From Candidatus Krumholzibacteriia bacterium (GTDB lineage Bacteria > Krumholzibacteriota > Krumholzibacteriia > JAJRXK01), in the NCBI GenBank assembly GCA_041484665.1, contig JBGPIA010000008.1, positions 64,001 to 128,000 of the forward strand: a DNA stretch of 64,000 nt, in the 5' to 3' direction. Below are positions 9,349 through 18,171 of this stretch, piece after piece; the first letter of the stretch is position 1; each line of letters opens with the position of its first letter. The position numbers and the translations under genes were made by a program. The notes beneath the pieces were generated by a model, which saw only the letters and a list, made by a program, of their open reading frames with translations, was not told the DNA's origin and did no database searches.

Positions 9349-10173
9349 TTACGACCCGCCTCGCGCGCCCAGGCGGGCAAACGCGCGCAACAAACGCATG
9401 CCGGGTCCGTCGGCCGACAGCGCCGCGAAATCGCTCGCCGCACGCCGGCGGCGCTCGCCCCAGGGGCCGGGCAGGTCCTCCGGGACGTGCCAGAGGCGTG
9501 CCGCCCGCTCGGGATGCGGCATGAACGCAAGCACCTGGCCGTCGAGCCCGGCGAGCCCGGCGAGGGCGTGGGTCGACCCATTGGGGTTGTCCGGGAACGC
9601 GGCGGCCTCCTCCCCGTCGGGCGTGCAGTAGACGAGCGCGCGCAGCCCGCGCCGCTCGATCTCGCGGTCCACCGCCGGGTCGCCAAACAAGAAGCGCCCC
9701 TCGCCATGGGCGACGGGCATCGGTAGCGGCTCGGCGAGCCCTTCGGTGAAGAAGCAGCGCGCTCCCGTCGGGGCCCGCACGAACACCCAGCGCGCGTGAT
9801 AGCCCTCCCAGCCGGCGATGTTGTTGCGCGCCAGCGCGGCATCCACGTGGCCGGCCGCAGTGGCCGGGGCCAGTCCGGCTTCCACCAGGATCTGCGCGCC
9901 GTTGCACAATCCCAGGACCGGCTTGCCACGCTCCGCCTGGCGCGCCAGCTCGTCCATGAGCGGCGACTTGGCTGCGATCGCCCCCGCGCGCACGCGGTCC
10001 TGATAGCTGAAGCCGCCGGGGATGACGTAGCCCGCATACGTGGCCAGACGGGTGGCGGGCTCGTTCCAGCGCACGAGCTCGCCGTCGACGCCGGCCCAGC
10101 CCAACGCCCGCAGCGTCTCGGTTTCGCAATTGAGCCCGGGAAACTGCAGGACGCCGATGCGCACGCGCGTCAT
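9349..10173 (-). CDS. purQ: Phosphoribosylformylglycinamidine synthase glutaminase subunit
   Basis: FPGLNCE, PGGFSYQD, GLCNG nucleophile, AHGEG, NPNGS, MPHPER. ATG 10173 overlaps the purL stop. Confidence 0.97.
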   Translation of the reverse strand: MTRVRIGVLQFPGLNCETETLRALGWAGVDGELVRWNEPATRLATYAGYVIPGGFSYQDRVRAGAIAAKSPLMDELARQAERGKPVLGLCNGAQILVEAGLAPATAAGHVDAALARNNIAGWEGYHARWVFVRAPTGARCFFTEGLAEPLPMPVAHGEGRFLFGDPAVDREIERRGLRALVYCTPDGEEAAAFPDNPNGSTHALAGLAGLDGQVLAFMPHPERAARLWHVPEDLPGPWGERRRRAASDFAALSADGPGMRLLRAFARLGARGGS

Positions 10174-12551
10174 GCCAGAACCCCCCGGGCCAGCAGCCGC
10201 GGCATCGTGCGCTCGCGCGCCTGCGCCAGCCGCGCCAGGGGGACGCGCAGCGGCGGACCGCCCAACCCGTCCACGTGCAGCTGGGGCTGTGCAACCACCT
10301 CGCCCAGGTGCGCGCACTGTGCGCCGTGCTGGGCGGCGAGCCGCTCGAACGCCGCCGTGCCGGCGGCTTGGACCTCCACCAGGAAAGCGCCCGCCTCGCC
10401 GAACGCGGCCGCGCCGGCTCCAGCGGTTCCGGCGAAGGGCGCAAGGTCGACGTGTGCGCCCAGGCGGCCACGGCTCTCCGGCCCCAGTGCCATCTCGGCG
10501 AGGGCCGCCAGCGTTCCGCCCTCGGACACGTCGTGCACGGCGACGGCCAACCGATCGCGCAGCGCGTCGAGTACGGTCGCGATCTCGGCGCGGATCGCCG
10601 CGTAGTCCGGTGGCGGGACGTCGCCCACCCAGGAGGCCTCGATCCAGCGCGCGTAGAGGCTGCCACCCAGTTGGGGAGCGAAGGCGCCCAGGCGGTAGAG
10701 CCCGTCGCCGGCCGCCTTGAGGGTGAGACTGCGGCAGCGCGCGATGTCCGGCACGATGCCCACGCAGCAGACGATCGGCGAGGGATCGATCGCTGCGCCG
10801 TGCGCGCTCTGGTTGTAGAAGCTGACGTTGCCCGAGACCACCGGCAGCGGTTCGCCGGGCGCGTCCATCCGCCCCAGCCCGCGGCAGGCATCGCCGATCC
10901 CGCGCACGCCCGCGACGAAGGTGTGGAAGACCTCGGGGACCTCGGGATTTCCGTAGTTGAGGCAGTCGGTGATCGCCGCCGGCACGCCGCCGACACAGGC
11001 CACGTTGCGGGCCGCCTCGATCACCGCGCAAGCGCCCCCCAGATAGGGATCGACGCGGGCGATGCGCGGGTTGCCGTCGCAGCTCACCGCGACCCCGACC
11101 GCAGCGCCGGGCAATGGCGCCAGCACGCCAGCGTCGGCCTCGCCCGGCCTCAGCACGGTGCGCCCTTGCACCTCGCTGTCGTAGTGCTGGAACAGAGCCC
11201 GCCGGCTGCACAGGTGAGGCGAGGCGAGCAGCGCGACGAGATCCTCGCCGAGGTCACGGCCCTGCGTCCGCAGCGGAGTCGGCGAGCGGGCCGGCGTGCC
11301 GTCGCGGCTGTCGCGCTCGTAGCGGATGCCGTCGACGATCGTGTGGATGGGAGCGTCCACGACGACCTCGCCGCCGCGCACCATGCGGTAGCGCGGAACC
11401 TCCCCGGCGGAAGGCACGAGGATGCGCCCGACGCGGCGCGCGCCGGCGCCCTCGCTGATGCCGGGCAGGTCGTAGGTCTGGTTGTACAGCCGCAGCAGCT
11501 GGTCGGTGATGCGCGCGGGGACCGCCAGCCCGAAGCGCTCCTGCGTCTCGCTGCAGGCAGCCACGCGGCTGGGCAGTGCCGGCTCGGCCAGGTTGGCCAG
11601 CGACAGATCGAGCTCGATCCCCACCTCGCCCGCGGCGGCCAACTCGCTGCTGACGCAGGCGATACCACCCGCGCCCAGGTCCTTGAAACCGATCGGCGCG
11701 TCGTTGCGCCGCGCCAGCTCGAGCATGGCCGCATTCGCCAGTGCCAGCACGCGCTTGAGGAAGGGATCGGCTACCTGCACGCTGCCCTTGTTCTCCTGCG
11801 CGGCGGCCAGGTCGAGATCGGCCGAGGCGAAGGCGGCCCCTCCCATCCCGCTCCAGTCGGTGGCCTTGCCCACCAGGATGAAGTCGTACGGCTCCCGGCG
11901 CGCCTGCTCGGGCACGCGGCTGCGCACGATGTGGTCGGCGCGGACCAGGCCCAGCGCCACGACGTTGACCAGGCAGTTGTCGTCGAAACAGGCGTCGAAC
12001 ACGACGTCGCCGCCCAGGTTGGGGATGCCCAGCGCGTTCCCATACAGGGCGATGCCCTCCATCACCTCGCGGGCGATCTCCAGGCTGCGCTCGCCGTTGC
12101 TCCCGGCCGGGTCGCCGAAGCGCAGCGGATCGAGCGTGGCGATCACCTCGGCGCCCATGCAGTAGATGTCGCGCACGATTCCGCCGATGCCCGTGGCCGC
12201 CCCCTCGACCGGCATCACCTGGGAGGGGTGGTTGTGGCTCTCGTGGCCCAGCACCAGTGCCCAGCGTACGCCGTCGATCTCGGCCAGCTCGACGATCCCC
12301 GCGTCCTCGCCGGGGCCCAAGATGACGTTGCCGGCCTCGGTGGGCAGGAAGCGTTTGAGGACCGCGCGGCTGCTCTTGTAGGAGCAGTGCTCGCTCCACA
12401 TGGCGTCGAACAGGGTGAGCTCGGTGTCGGTGGGGTCGCGGCCCAGCAGCTGTGCCACGCGACGTGCCTCGGCGAGCTTCAGCGAGAGCGACAGCTCGCG
12501 CAAGGCGGCGGAGAGCGGCGCGTCATCGAGCGTGCCGACCGGGACGATCAC
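10170..12551 (-). CDS. purL: Phosphoribosylformylglycinamidine synthase small PurL subunit
   Basis: WSEHCSYKS, ESHNHPS, GAATGIGGIVRDI, DLGAGG, SETQER, TDCLNYGNP, VSGNVSFYN, HDVSEGG. GTG 12551 overlaps the purB stop; the ORF-track extension to 13538 is not real. Confidence 0.97.
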   Translation of the reverse strand: MIVPVGTLDDAPLSAALRELSLSLKLAEARRVAQLLGRDPTDTELTLFDAMWSEHCSYKSSRAVLKRFLPTEAGNVILGPGEDAGIVELAEIDGVRWALVLGHESHNHPSQVMPVEGAATGIGGIVRDIYCMGAEVIATLDPLRFGDPAGSNGERSLEIAREVMEGIALYGNALGIPNLGGDVVFDACFDDNCLVNVVALGLVRADHIVRSRVPEQARREPYDFILVGKATDWSGMGGAAFASADLDLAAAQENKGSVQVADPFLKRVLALANAAMLELARRNDAPIGFKDLGAGGIACVSSELAAAGEVGIELDLSLANLAEPALPSRVAACSETQERFGLAVPARITDQLLRLYNQTYDLPGISEGAGARRVGRILVPSAGEVPRYRMVRGGEVVVDAPIHTIVDGIRYERDSRDGTPARSPTPLRTQGRDLGEDLVALLASPHLCSRRALFQHYDSEVQGRTVLRPGEADAGVLAPLPGAAVGVAVSCDGNPRIARVDPYLGGACAVIEAARNVACVGGVPAAITDCLNYGNPEVPEVFHTFVAGVRGIGDACRGLGRMDAPGEPLPVVSGNVSFYNQSAHGAAIDPSPIVCCVGIVPDIARCRSLTLKAAGDGLYRLGAFAPQLGGSLYARWIEASWVGDVPPPDYAAIRAEIATVLDALRDRLAVAVHDVSEGGTLAALAEMALGPESRGRLGAHVDLAPFAGTAGAGAAAFGEAGAFLVEVQAAGTAAFERLAAQHGAQCAHLGEVVAQPQLHVDGLGGPPLRVPLARLAQARERTMPRLLARGVLA

Positions 12552-13852
12552 GGTTGCACCGTCGCGAGCACGCGCTCGAAGATGGTGTCGACGTGGCGGA
12601 GGTGGCGCTCCCGATCGAAGCAGGCGTCCAGCGCCTTGGGCGCGAGCCATTGGCCGATCTGCGCGTCGGCGCGGATCAGGGGCTCGAACTCCAGCTGCTC
12701 CTCGAAGGCACGCATGGCGTGCTGCTGGACCACCGCGTAGGCATCCTCGCGGCTCACGCCGGCGCGGGCCAGCGCCAGCAGTACGGCGCCACTGTGGTGG
12801 AGGCCACGGCCGTTCTCCAGATTGGCGCGCATGCGCTCGGGCGACACGCGCATGCCGTCCACGATGCCGGTCATCGTGCGCAGCATGTAGTGCAAGAGCG
12901 TCGTGCCGTCGGGCAGCACCACGCGCTCGACGCTGGAGTGGCTGATATCGCGCTCGTGCCACAGCGCCACGTCCTCCAACCCCGCGATCAGATGCCCGCG
13001 CAACAGGCGCGCCATGCCGCAGATGCGCTCGCACAGGATCGGGTTGCGCTTGTGGGGCATGGCGCTGCTGCCCTTCTGCCCCTTGGCAAAGGGCTCCTCC
13101 ACCTCGCCCACCTCGGAGCGCTGCAGGTGGCGGATCTCGGTGGCGAAGCGCTCGAGCGCCGCGCCGACGAGGGCGAGAGCGGCCAGCAGCTCGGCGTGGC
13201 GGTCGCGCGCCACGACCTGGGTGCTCACGGGATCGGGGCTGATTCCCAGCCGGCGGCAGACCCTCTCTTCGACCTGGGGGTGGATGTGGGCGAAGGTGCC
13301 CACCGGTCCGCTGAGCTTGCCCACCGAGACCGCGGCCACGGCCGCTTGCAGCCTGCGGCGCCCGCGGCCCAGCTCCGCCGCCCAGCCCAGGAGCTTCAGC
13401 CCGAAGGTGGTGGGCTCGGCGTGCATGCCGTGGCTGCGCCCCATCATCACGGTGCGTCGGTGCTCCTGCGCGCGGCGCAGGATGGCCGTGCTGAGGGCGT
13501 CCAGCTCCCGCAGCAGCAGCACGCCAGCCTCCTTGCATTGGACGGCGAGCGCGGTGTCCAGCAGATCGCTGCTGGTCAGGCCGAGGTGGACGAAGCGGCT
13601 CTCCTCGCCGATGTGCTCGGCCATGCTGGTCAAGAACGCGATGACGTCGTGGTGGACCGTCTCTTCGATCGCGAGGATGCGCGCCTCATCGAAGCCGGCG
13701 CGAGCCCGGATGGCGGCGGCAGCTTCGGCCGGGATCTCGCCCAGTTCGGCGAGGGCATCGCAGACCGCCACCTCGATGTCGCGCCAGATCTCGTACTTGC
13801 GGCGGTCGGACCAGAGCCGCTGCAGTTCGGGGGTCTGGTAGCGGTCGATCAT
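12548..13852 (-). CDS. purB: Adenylosuccinate lyase
   Basis: MIDRY, HDVIAF, HLGLTSSD, GRSHGMHAEPTTFG, GSSAMPHKRNP signature. Confidence 0.98.
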   Translation of the reverse strand: MIDRYQTPELQRLWSDRRKYEIWRDIEVAVCDALAELGEIPAEAAAAIRARAGFDEARILAIEETVHHDVIAFLTSMAEHIGEESRFVHLGLTSSDLLDTALAVQCKEAGVLLLRELDALSTAILRRAQEHRRTVMMGRSHGMHAEPTTFGLKLLGWAAELGRGRRRLQAAVAAVSVGKLSGPVGTFAHIHPQVEERVCRRLGISPDPVSTQVVARDRHAELLAALALVGAALERFATEIRHLQRSEVGEVEEPFAKGQKGSSAMPHKRNPILCERICGMARLLRGHLIAGLEDVALWHERDISHSSVERVVLPDGTTLLHYMLRTMTGIVDGMRVSPERMRANLENGRGLHHSGAVLLALARAGVSREDAYAVVQQHAMRAFEEQLEFEPLIRADAQIGQWLAPKALDACFDRERHLRHVDTIFERVLATVQP

Positions 13853-14080
13853 GACGGGCGGGACCGTAGCATAGCCCTTGCGGGTGCGCCAGCGCAGGGC
13901 TCCGGGATCTCCGCGCAGCGACTCAACCCTGCGTCAGGGCCGCGCCGCAGGCTTGTCGTCGGGCTGCTCGTCAGGCTGCGCCGCGGACTGCGCGCCGGGG
14001 TGGCGGTGCGGCGGCGCGCCGGCGCGAATCCGCGATGGCAGTGGGCGGCCGCCAGTGGCCGCCAGTGCCCCCCGAGACAG

Positions 14081-15394
14081 CTAGCGGCCGTCGCTGCGGT
14101 TGGCGTCGGGAGCCTCCACGAGCGTCAGCTTGGTTTCGAAGCTCTTGCTGCCGCGGGACACGGTCAGCTCGAGCACCGACCCCACGCGCGCCTCATAGAA
14201 CTGTCGATAGGCCAAGTGGGGATCGCTGATCGCTACGCCGTCCACCTTGCGCACGATGTCGCGCGCGCGCAGGCCGGCGTCCGCGGCGGGGCTGTCCGGA
14301 TCGACCTGCTCCACGAAGAAACCGCCGGCCTCTGTGGGGTCGATGTCACGCTCGCGCGCCGCGTAATTGGTGAGGTAGACGCCGTTGAGGCCGCTGAAGG
14401 TCGGCCGGATGCGGCCGTACTTGAGGATCTCCTCCATCACCCAGCGCCCGCGATTGATGGGGACGGCGAAGCCGATCCCGATCGAGCCCCCGCTCTGGCT
14501 GATGATGAAGGTGTTGATCCCGACAACCTCGCCGCGGCTGTTCACCAACGCCCCGCCGCTGTTGCCCGGATTGATCGCGGCGTCGGTCTGGATCATGTCG
14601 AGGTATTGATTCTCGCCCTCGCGCGCCTTGATGTCGCGGTGCAGCGCGCTGACGACGCCCAAGGTCACGGTGGGGTTGGTGTCCTCCAGCAGGTAGCCGA
14701 ACGGCGAGCCGATAGCGATGGCCCATTCGGCGATGTCCAGCGTGTCGCTGTCGCCCAGAGACGCCACCGGAAGGTCGTCGGGAGGGTCCTTGATCTTGAG
14801 CACCGCCAGATCGTGGTCGGGCGAGCTGCCGATCAGCTCGGCGCCGAAGCGCCGCCCGTCGCTGAGGTTCACCAGGATCTCGGCGTTGCCGGGCACGACG
14901 TGGTGATTGGTGAGCACGTAACCGCGCCGGTCGACGATCACACCGCTGCCCAGCCCCTCCACGGTGCGCTTGGCGGTGCGCGGCTGGCGCACCCCTGGAT
15001 AGTAGAAGTTGAACCACTCGTCGTAGGGCGTGGGGAAGACCCGGTACACCTGCGTCTGGAATACGTTGATGCTGACCACCGAGGGGCTCGCCTTACGGGT
15101 GGCCTCCACGATGGCGCCGCGCCGCTCGCCGGCGATCGGATCGCCCTGGGCCGACGCGGCCGCCGGCTGCTGCCCATCCTGCGCCACGGCAAAGTGGGCC
15201 GGGAGCCCCGGGCTTGTCGCCGCGGTGGTCGCGCTGCCGGCCGCGGAGCGGACCGCCGCGAGCGCCCGGGCGCCCAGCAGACGGCTGCCCCAGCCACCGG
15301 TATCGGTCACCACGACCGCCAGCAACGTCGCCAGCCCCACCGTGGCTCCGATCAGACATCCGACGATGTAGGGAAGAGCTCGGTTGTGGCTCAT
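14081..15394 (-). CDS. HtrA/DegP-family serine protease with N-terminal membrane anchor and one PDZ domain
   Basis: GLGSGVI, LTNHHV, DLAVLKI, QTDAAINPGNSGG. ATG 15394 follows GGAGG. Confidence 0.95.
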   Translation of the reverse strand: MSHNRALPYIVGCLIGATVGLATLLAVVVTDTGGWGSRLLGARALAAVRSAAGSATTAATSPGLPAHFAVAQDGQQPAAASAQGDPIAGERRGAIVEATRKASPSVVSINVFQTQVYRVFPTPYDEWFNFYYPGVRQPRTAKRTVEGLGSGVIVDRRGYVLTNHHVVPGNAEILVNLSDGRRFGAELIGSSPDHDLAVLKIKDPPDDLPVASLGDSDTLDIAEWAIAIGSPFGYLLEDTNPTVTLGVVSALHRDIKAREGENQYLDMIQTDAAINPGNSGGALVNSRGEVVGINTFIISQSGGSIGIGFAVPINRGRWVMEEILKYGRIRPTFSGLNGVYLTNYAARERDIDPTEAGGFFVEQVDPDSPAADAGLRARDIVRKVDGVAISDPHLAYRQFYEARVGSVLELTVSRGSKSFETKLTLVEAPDANRSDGR

Positions 15395-15569
15395 GCTTGC
15401 CTCCATCGCGCGGGCCCGTCAGCTCCGCGGTTTGTACGGAGGGCGCAGGGACCGGTTCCGCCCGACCTGGCCGTTGCGCGCACGGGCGGCCGCGCAGCGG
15501 ACGGCTGAGTTACGGGCTGGTGCGCCGGGGGCGGCCGCGTCGCCGGTCCCGGCGTCGCGCGTGGCTGCG

Positions 15570-16214
15570 TCAATTCTGCGCCCGGCGCCACGACTCGCGA
15601 AACCCCAGACGGCCCTGCTCGGTGAGCGGGTGGTCGGCGAGCTGGCGGAGCAACGCGAGCGGAAACGACGACGCGTCGGCCCCCATGCGCGCCGCCTCGG
15701 CCACGTGGCCGGGATGGCGCAGGTCCGCGGCCAGCACGCGCGTCTTGATATCGTACTGGTCGTAGGTGGCGATGATGTTGCCCACCAGGGCGAGCCCGTC
15801 GCCCCCTGCCTCATCCAGCCGGCCGACGTACGGAGAGACGTAGCGGGCGCCGGCCTTGGCCGCGAGCAGCGCCTGCGGCAGCGAGAAGCAGAGCGTGGCG
15901 TCGACGGGGATGCGTCGCTCGGCCAGCGCCGCGATCGCCGGGATCCCCGCGGGCACGCACGGCACCTTCACCACGATCCGCTCGTGGATGTTCGCGAGGG
16001 TCTCGGCCTCCTCGATCATGCCCTGGGTGTCGGTGGCGATCACCTCGGCCATCACCGGGCCGCCCACCAGGGTGCACAGCTCCGCGAGGATCTCGTGGGG
16101 GTCCCCCTCCTCACGGGACAGCAGGGTGGGGTTGGTATTGACCCCGTCGATCACCCTCCAGCTGAGCGCCTCGCGCAGGTCCGCCAGGCTCGCCGACTCC
16201 AGGTAGAGCTGCAT
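15570..16214 (-). CDS. Small transaldolase / fructose-6-phosphate aldolase family protein with divergent active site
   Basis: GVNTNPTL, IVVKVP Schiff-base Lys, AAKAGARYVSPYVGRLD, HPLT. ATG 16214 follows AAGGAAAGGA. Confidence 0.9.
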   Translation of the reverse strand: MQLYLESASLADLREALSWRVIDGVNTNPTLLSREEGDPHEILAELCTLVGGPVMAEVIATDTQGMIEEAETLANIHERIVVKVPCVPAGIPAIAALAERRIPVDATLCFSLPQALLAAKAGARYVSPYVGRLDEAGGDGLALVGNIIATYDQYDIKTRVLAADLRHPGHVAEAARMGADASSFPLALLRQLADHPLTEQGRLGFRESWRRAQN

Positions 16215-16230
16215 CGGTCCTTTCCTTGGT

Positions 16231-17115
16231 TCACTCCAGCGCCGGATGACCGTCCGCGGCCCCCGCGGAGATCGGGGCGCGCCCCACCTCAGGCGGGTAC
16301 TCCACCCGCTCCAGGCACAGCCCAAGCGCGGCCGCCGTGACGCCTGCAGCGCGCCGATCGCGCGCCTGCAGTATAGCCGAGATCGATCCGGCCGCCCGGC
16401 GGCCGCGCCCGATCTCCAGCAGGGTCCCCACGATCGACCGCACCATCGAATGGAGGAAGCGGTCGGCGGCGATCTGGTAGGTCAGAGCGTCGCCGGAGGG
16501 CTCCGCCACGAGCTCGGAGCGGCGGATCCGACAGACGGTCTTTCCTTGCTCGGCCGAAGTCGCGACGCAGAAGCTCGCGCAGTCGTGATCGCCCACGAGC
16601 GTCGCCGCGGCCTCGCGCATGGCCGCGACGTCGAGGTGGCCGCGCACCAGCAGGTGGTCGCGGCGGCGCAGCGGGTCGGGGCGCAGGAGCATGCGGTACG
16701 CGTAGTGGCGCGCCCGGGCGCTGAAGCGCGCGTGGAATCCCTCGGGCTCGCCGCCCACCTCGAGCGCCACCACGTCCTCCGGAAGCAGCCGGCGCAGCGC
16801 GCGGGCCAGCCGCTCGACGGACTTGTGTCCGGCGACGGGAGCGCTGGCGACCTGGCCGCGGGCATGCACGCCCGCGTCGGTGCGACCCGCTCCGGGCGGA
16901 AGAACGTCGAGGGGTATGATGCGGCGCAGGGCCGTGGCCAGCTCTCCCTGCACCGTGCGCAGCCCCGGTTGCGCCTGCCAGCCGTGGAAGTCGGTGCCGT
17001 CGTAGGCGAGCACGATGCGCGCGACGCGCACCGATCCGGCGTCGCCGCCGCCCGTTGCGCAACTGCGATCCGTGGATGCAGGATCGCCTTCGTTCGCCGT
17101 TGGACCGTGCCTCAC
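16231..17115 (-). CDS. truA: tRNA pseudouridine(38-40) synthase
   Basis: YDGTDFHGWQ, GAGRTDAGVHA, FHARFSA, FLHSMVRSIVG. Start is 17115 (GTGA overlap with asd) or 17031. Confidence 0.96.
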   Translation of the reverse strand: MRHGPTANEGDPASTDRSCATGGGDAGSVRVARIVLAYDGTDFHGWQAQPGLRTVQGELATALRRIIPLDVLPPGAGRTDAGVHARGQVASAPVAGHKSVERLARALRRLLPEDVVALEVGGEPEGFHARFSARARHYAYRMLLRPDPLRRRDHLLVRGHLDVAAMREAAATLVGDHDCASFCVATSAEQGKTVCRIRRSELVAEPSGDALTYQIAADRFLHSMVRSIVGTLLEIGRGRRAAGSISAILQARDRRAAGVTAAALGLCLERVEYPPEVGRAPISAGAADGHPALE

Positions 17116-18134
17116 GGCTGCACTGTCAATCCCAGCCGGGCTTCGACCAGCTCGATGGCGTTGAGCGCCGCGCCCCGGCGCAGGTTGTCCCCCACCGCCC
17201 AGAGCGCCAGCGCCTCGGGATCACCCGTGGGACGCCGGATGCGGGCCACCAGCACGGGGTCGCGCCCCTGCGCGTCGCGTGGCGTGGGAGGCAGACGGTC
17301 ATCGTCCCAGACCTCCACCCCCTCGCTCTGGCGCAGCAATGCCGCCACCGAGCGCGGGTCGACGTCGCGGGCAGGCCAGAGCGTGATCGCCAGCGCATGC
17401 CCCACACGCGTGGGCACGCGCACCGCCGTGGCCGAGATTCCCACCCCGTCGAGCCCCAGGATCTTGCGGAGCTCATCGACGATCTTGCGCTCTTCCAGGC
17501 TCTCCCCGCCCTCCATGGGCCCGATCCATGGCAGCACGTTCTCGCGCAGCGGAGCCCCCGCGACCCAGCCGGCGGCGGGCGGGAGGTCGCCCGGCGCGGC
17601 GTCCAGTTCGGCCAGCAGCTCGCGACCCGCCCCACTGGCGGACTGATAGCTCGCGATCGCCAACCGCCGCAGGCCCCAGCGTGCCTGCAGCGGCCCTACG
17701 ACCGTGGCCGCAATGGCCGCGGTGCAGTTTGGATTCGCCAACAGGTTGGACGGCGGATCGGTGCGCAGGCGGTGGAGGTTGACGGGCGCCACGACCAACG
17801 GCACGTCGGGCGCCATCCGCCAGACGCTGGTCATGTCCACGACGATCAGCCCGCGTGCCGCCAGCGTCCGCGCCTGGCGCCGGCTGACCTCCTCGCCCGC
17901 GCACAGCAACACGGCATCGGCGCCGCGCAAGGCCGCGACATCGATCGGGCCCACGGGCGCCGGCTCGCCGCGGAACGAGAGCGTCGACCGGCTCTGCCCG
18001 CTGGCCTGCAGCAGTGGCGGCTCGCGCAGCCAGGGCCGACTCTCCAGGATCGAGAGCGCGGTGCGACCCACCAGGCCGGTGGCCCCCACGACGGCAATGC
18101 GCGCGACGGCGGTGGTCGACCTGGGCTGCGTCAT
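17112..18134 (-). CDS. asd: Aspartate-semialdehyde dehydrogenase
   Basis: VVGATGLVG, NPNCT catalytic Cys, YQSASGAG, RVPTRVGH, DNLRRGAALNA. Confidence 0.93.
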   Translation of the reverse strand: MTQPRSTTAVARIAVVGATGLVGRTALSILESRPWLREPPLLQASGQSRSTLSFRGEPAPVGPIDVAALRGADAVLLCAGEEVSRRQARTLAARGLIVVDMTSVWRMAPDVPLVVAPVNLHRLRTDPPSNLLANPNCTAAIAATVVGPLQARWGLRRLAIASYQSASGAGRELLAELDAAPGDLPPAAGWVAGAPLRENVLPWIGPMEGGESLEERKIVDELRKILGLDGVGISATAVRVPTRVGHALAITLWPARDVDPRSVAALLRQSEGVEVWDDDRLPPTPRDAQGRDPVLVARIRRPTGDPEALALWAVGDNLRRGAALNAIELVEARLGLTVQP

Positions 18135-18171
18135 GGCCCGTGAAAAGTAGCAGGGGGGGAGGCGAGCCACC

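Noticed and set aside
10170..13538. Apparent 1122-aa PurL and other N-terminally extended ORF-track calls (purQ, purF, asd, RR, pfk, lipA)
   Set aside because: The extensions overlap upstream genes in another frame; real starts are marked by an RBS or stop/start overlaps, so these are not fusions
13853..14080. Possible ZTP, purine or PRPP riboswitch upstream of purB
   Set aside because: No recognisable consensus; only GC-rich stems and a 10-bp tandem. The -10-like element lies just before the ATG, leaving no room for a leader.
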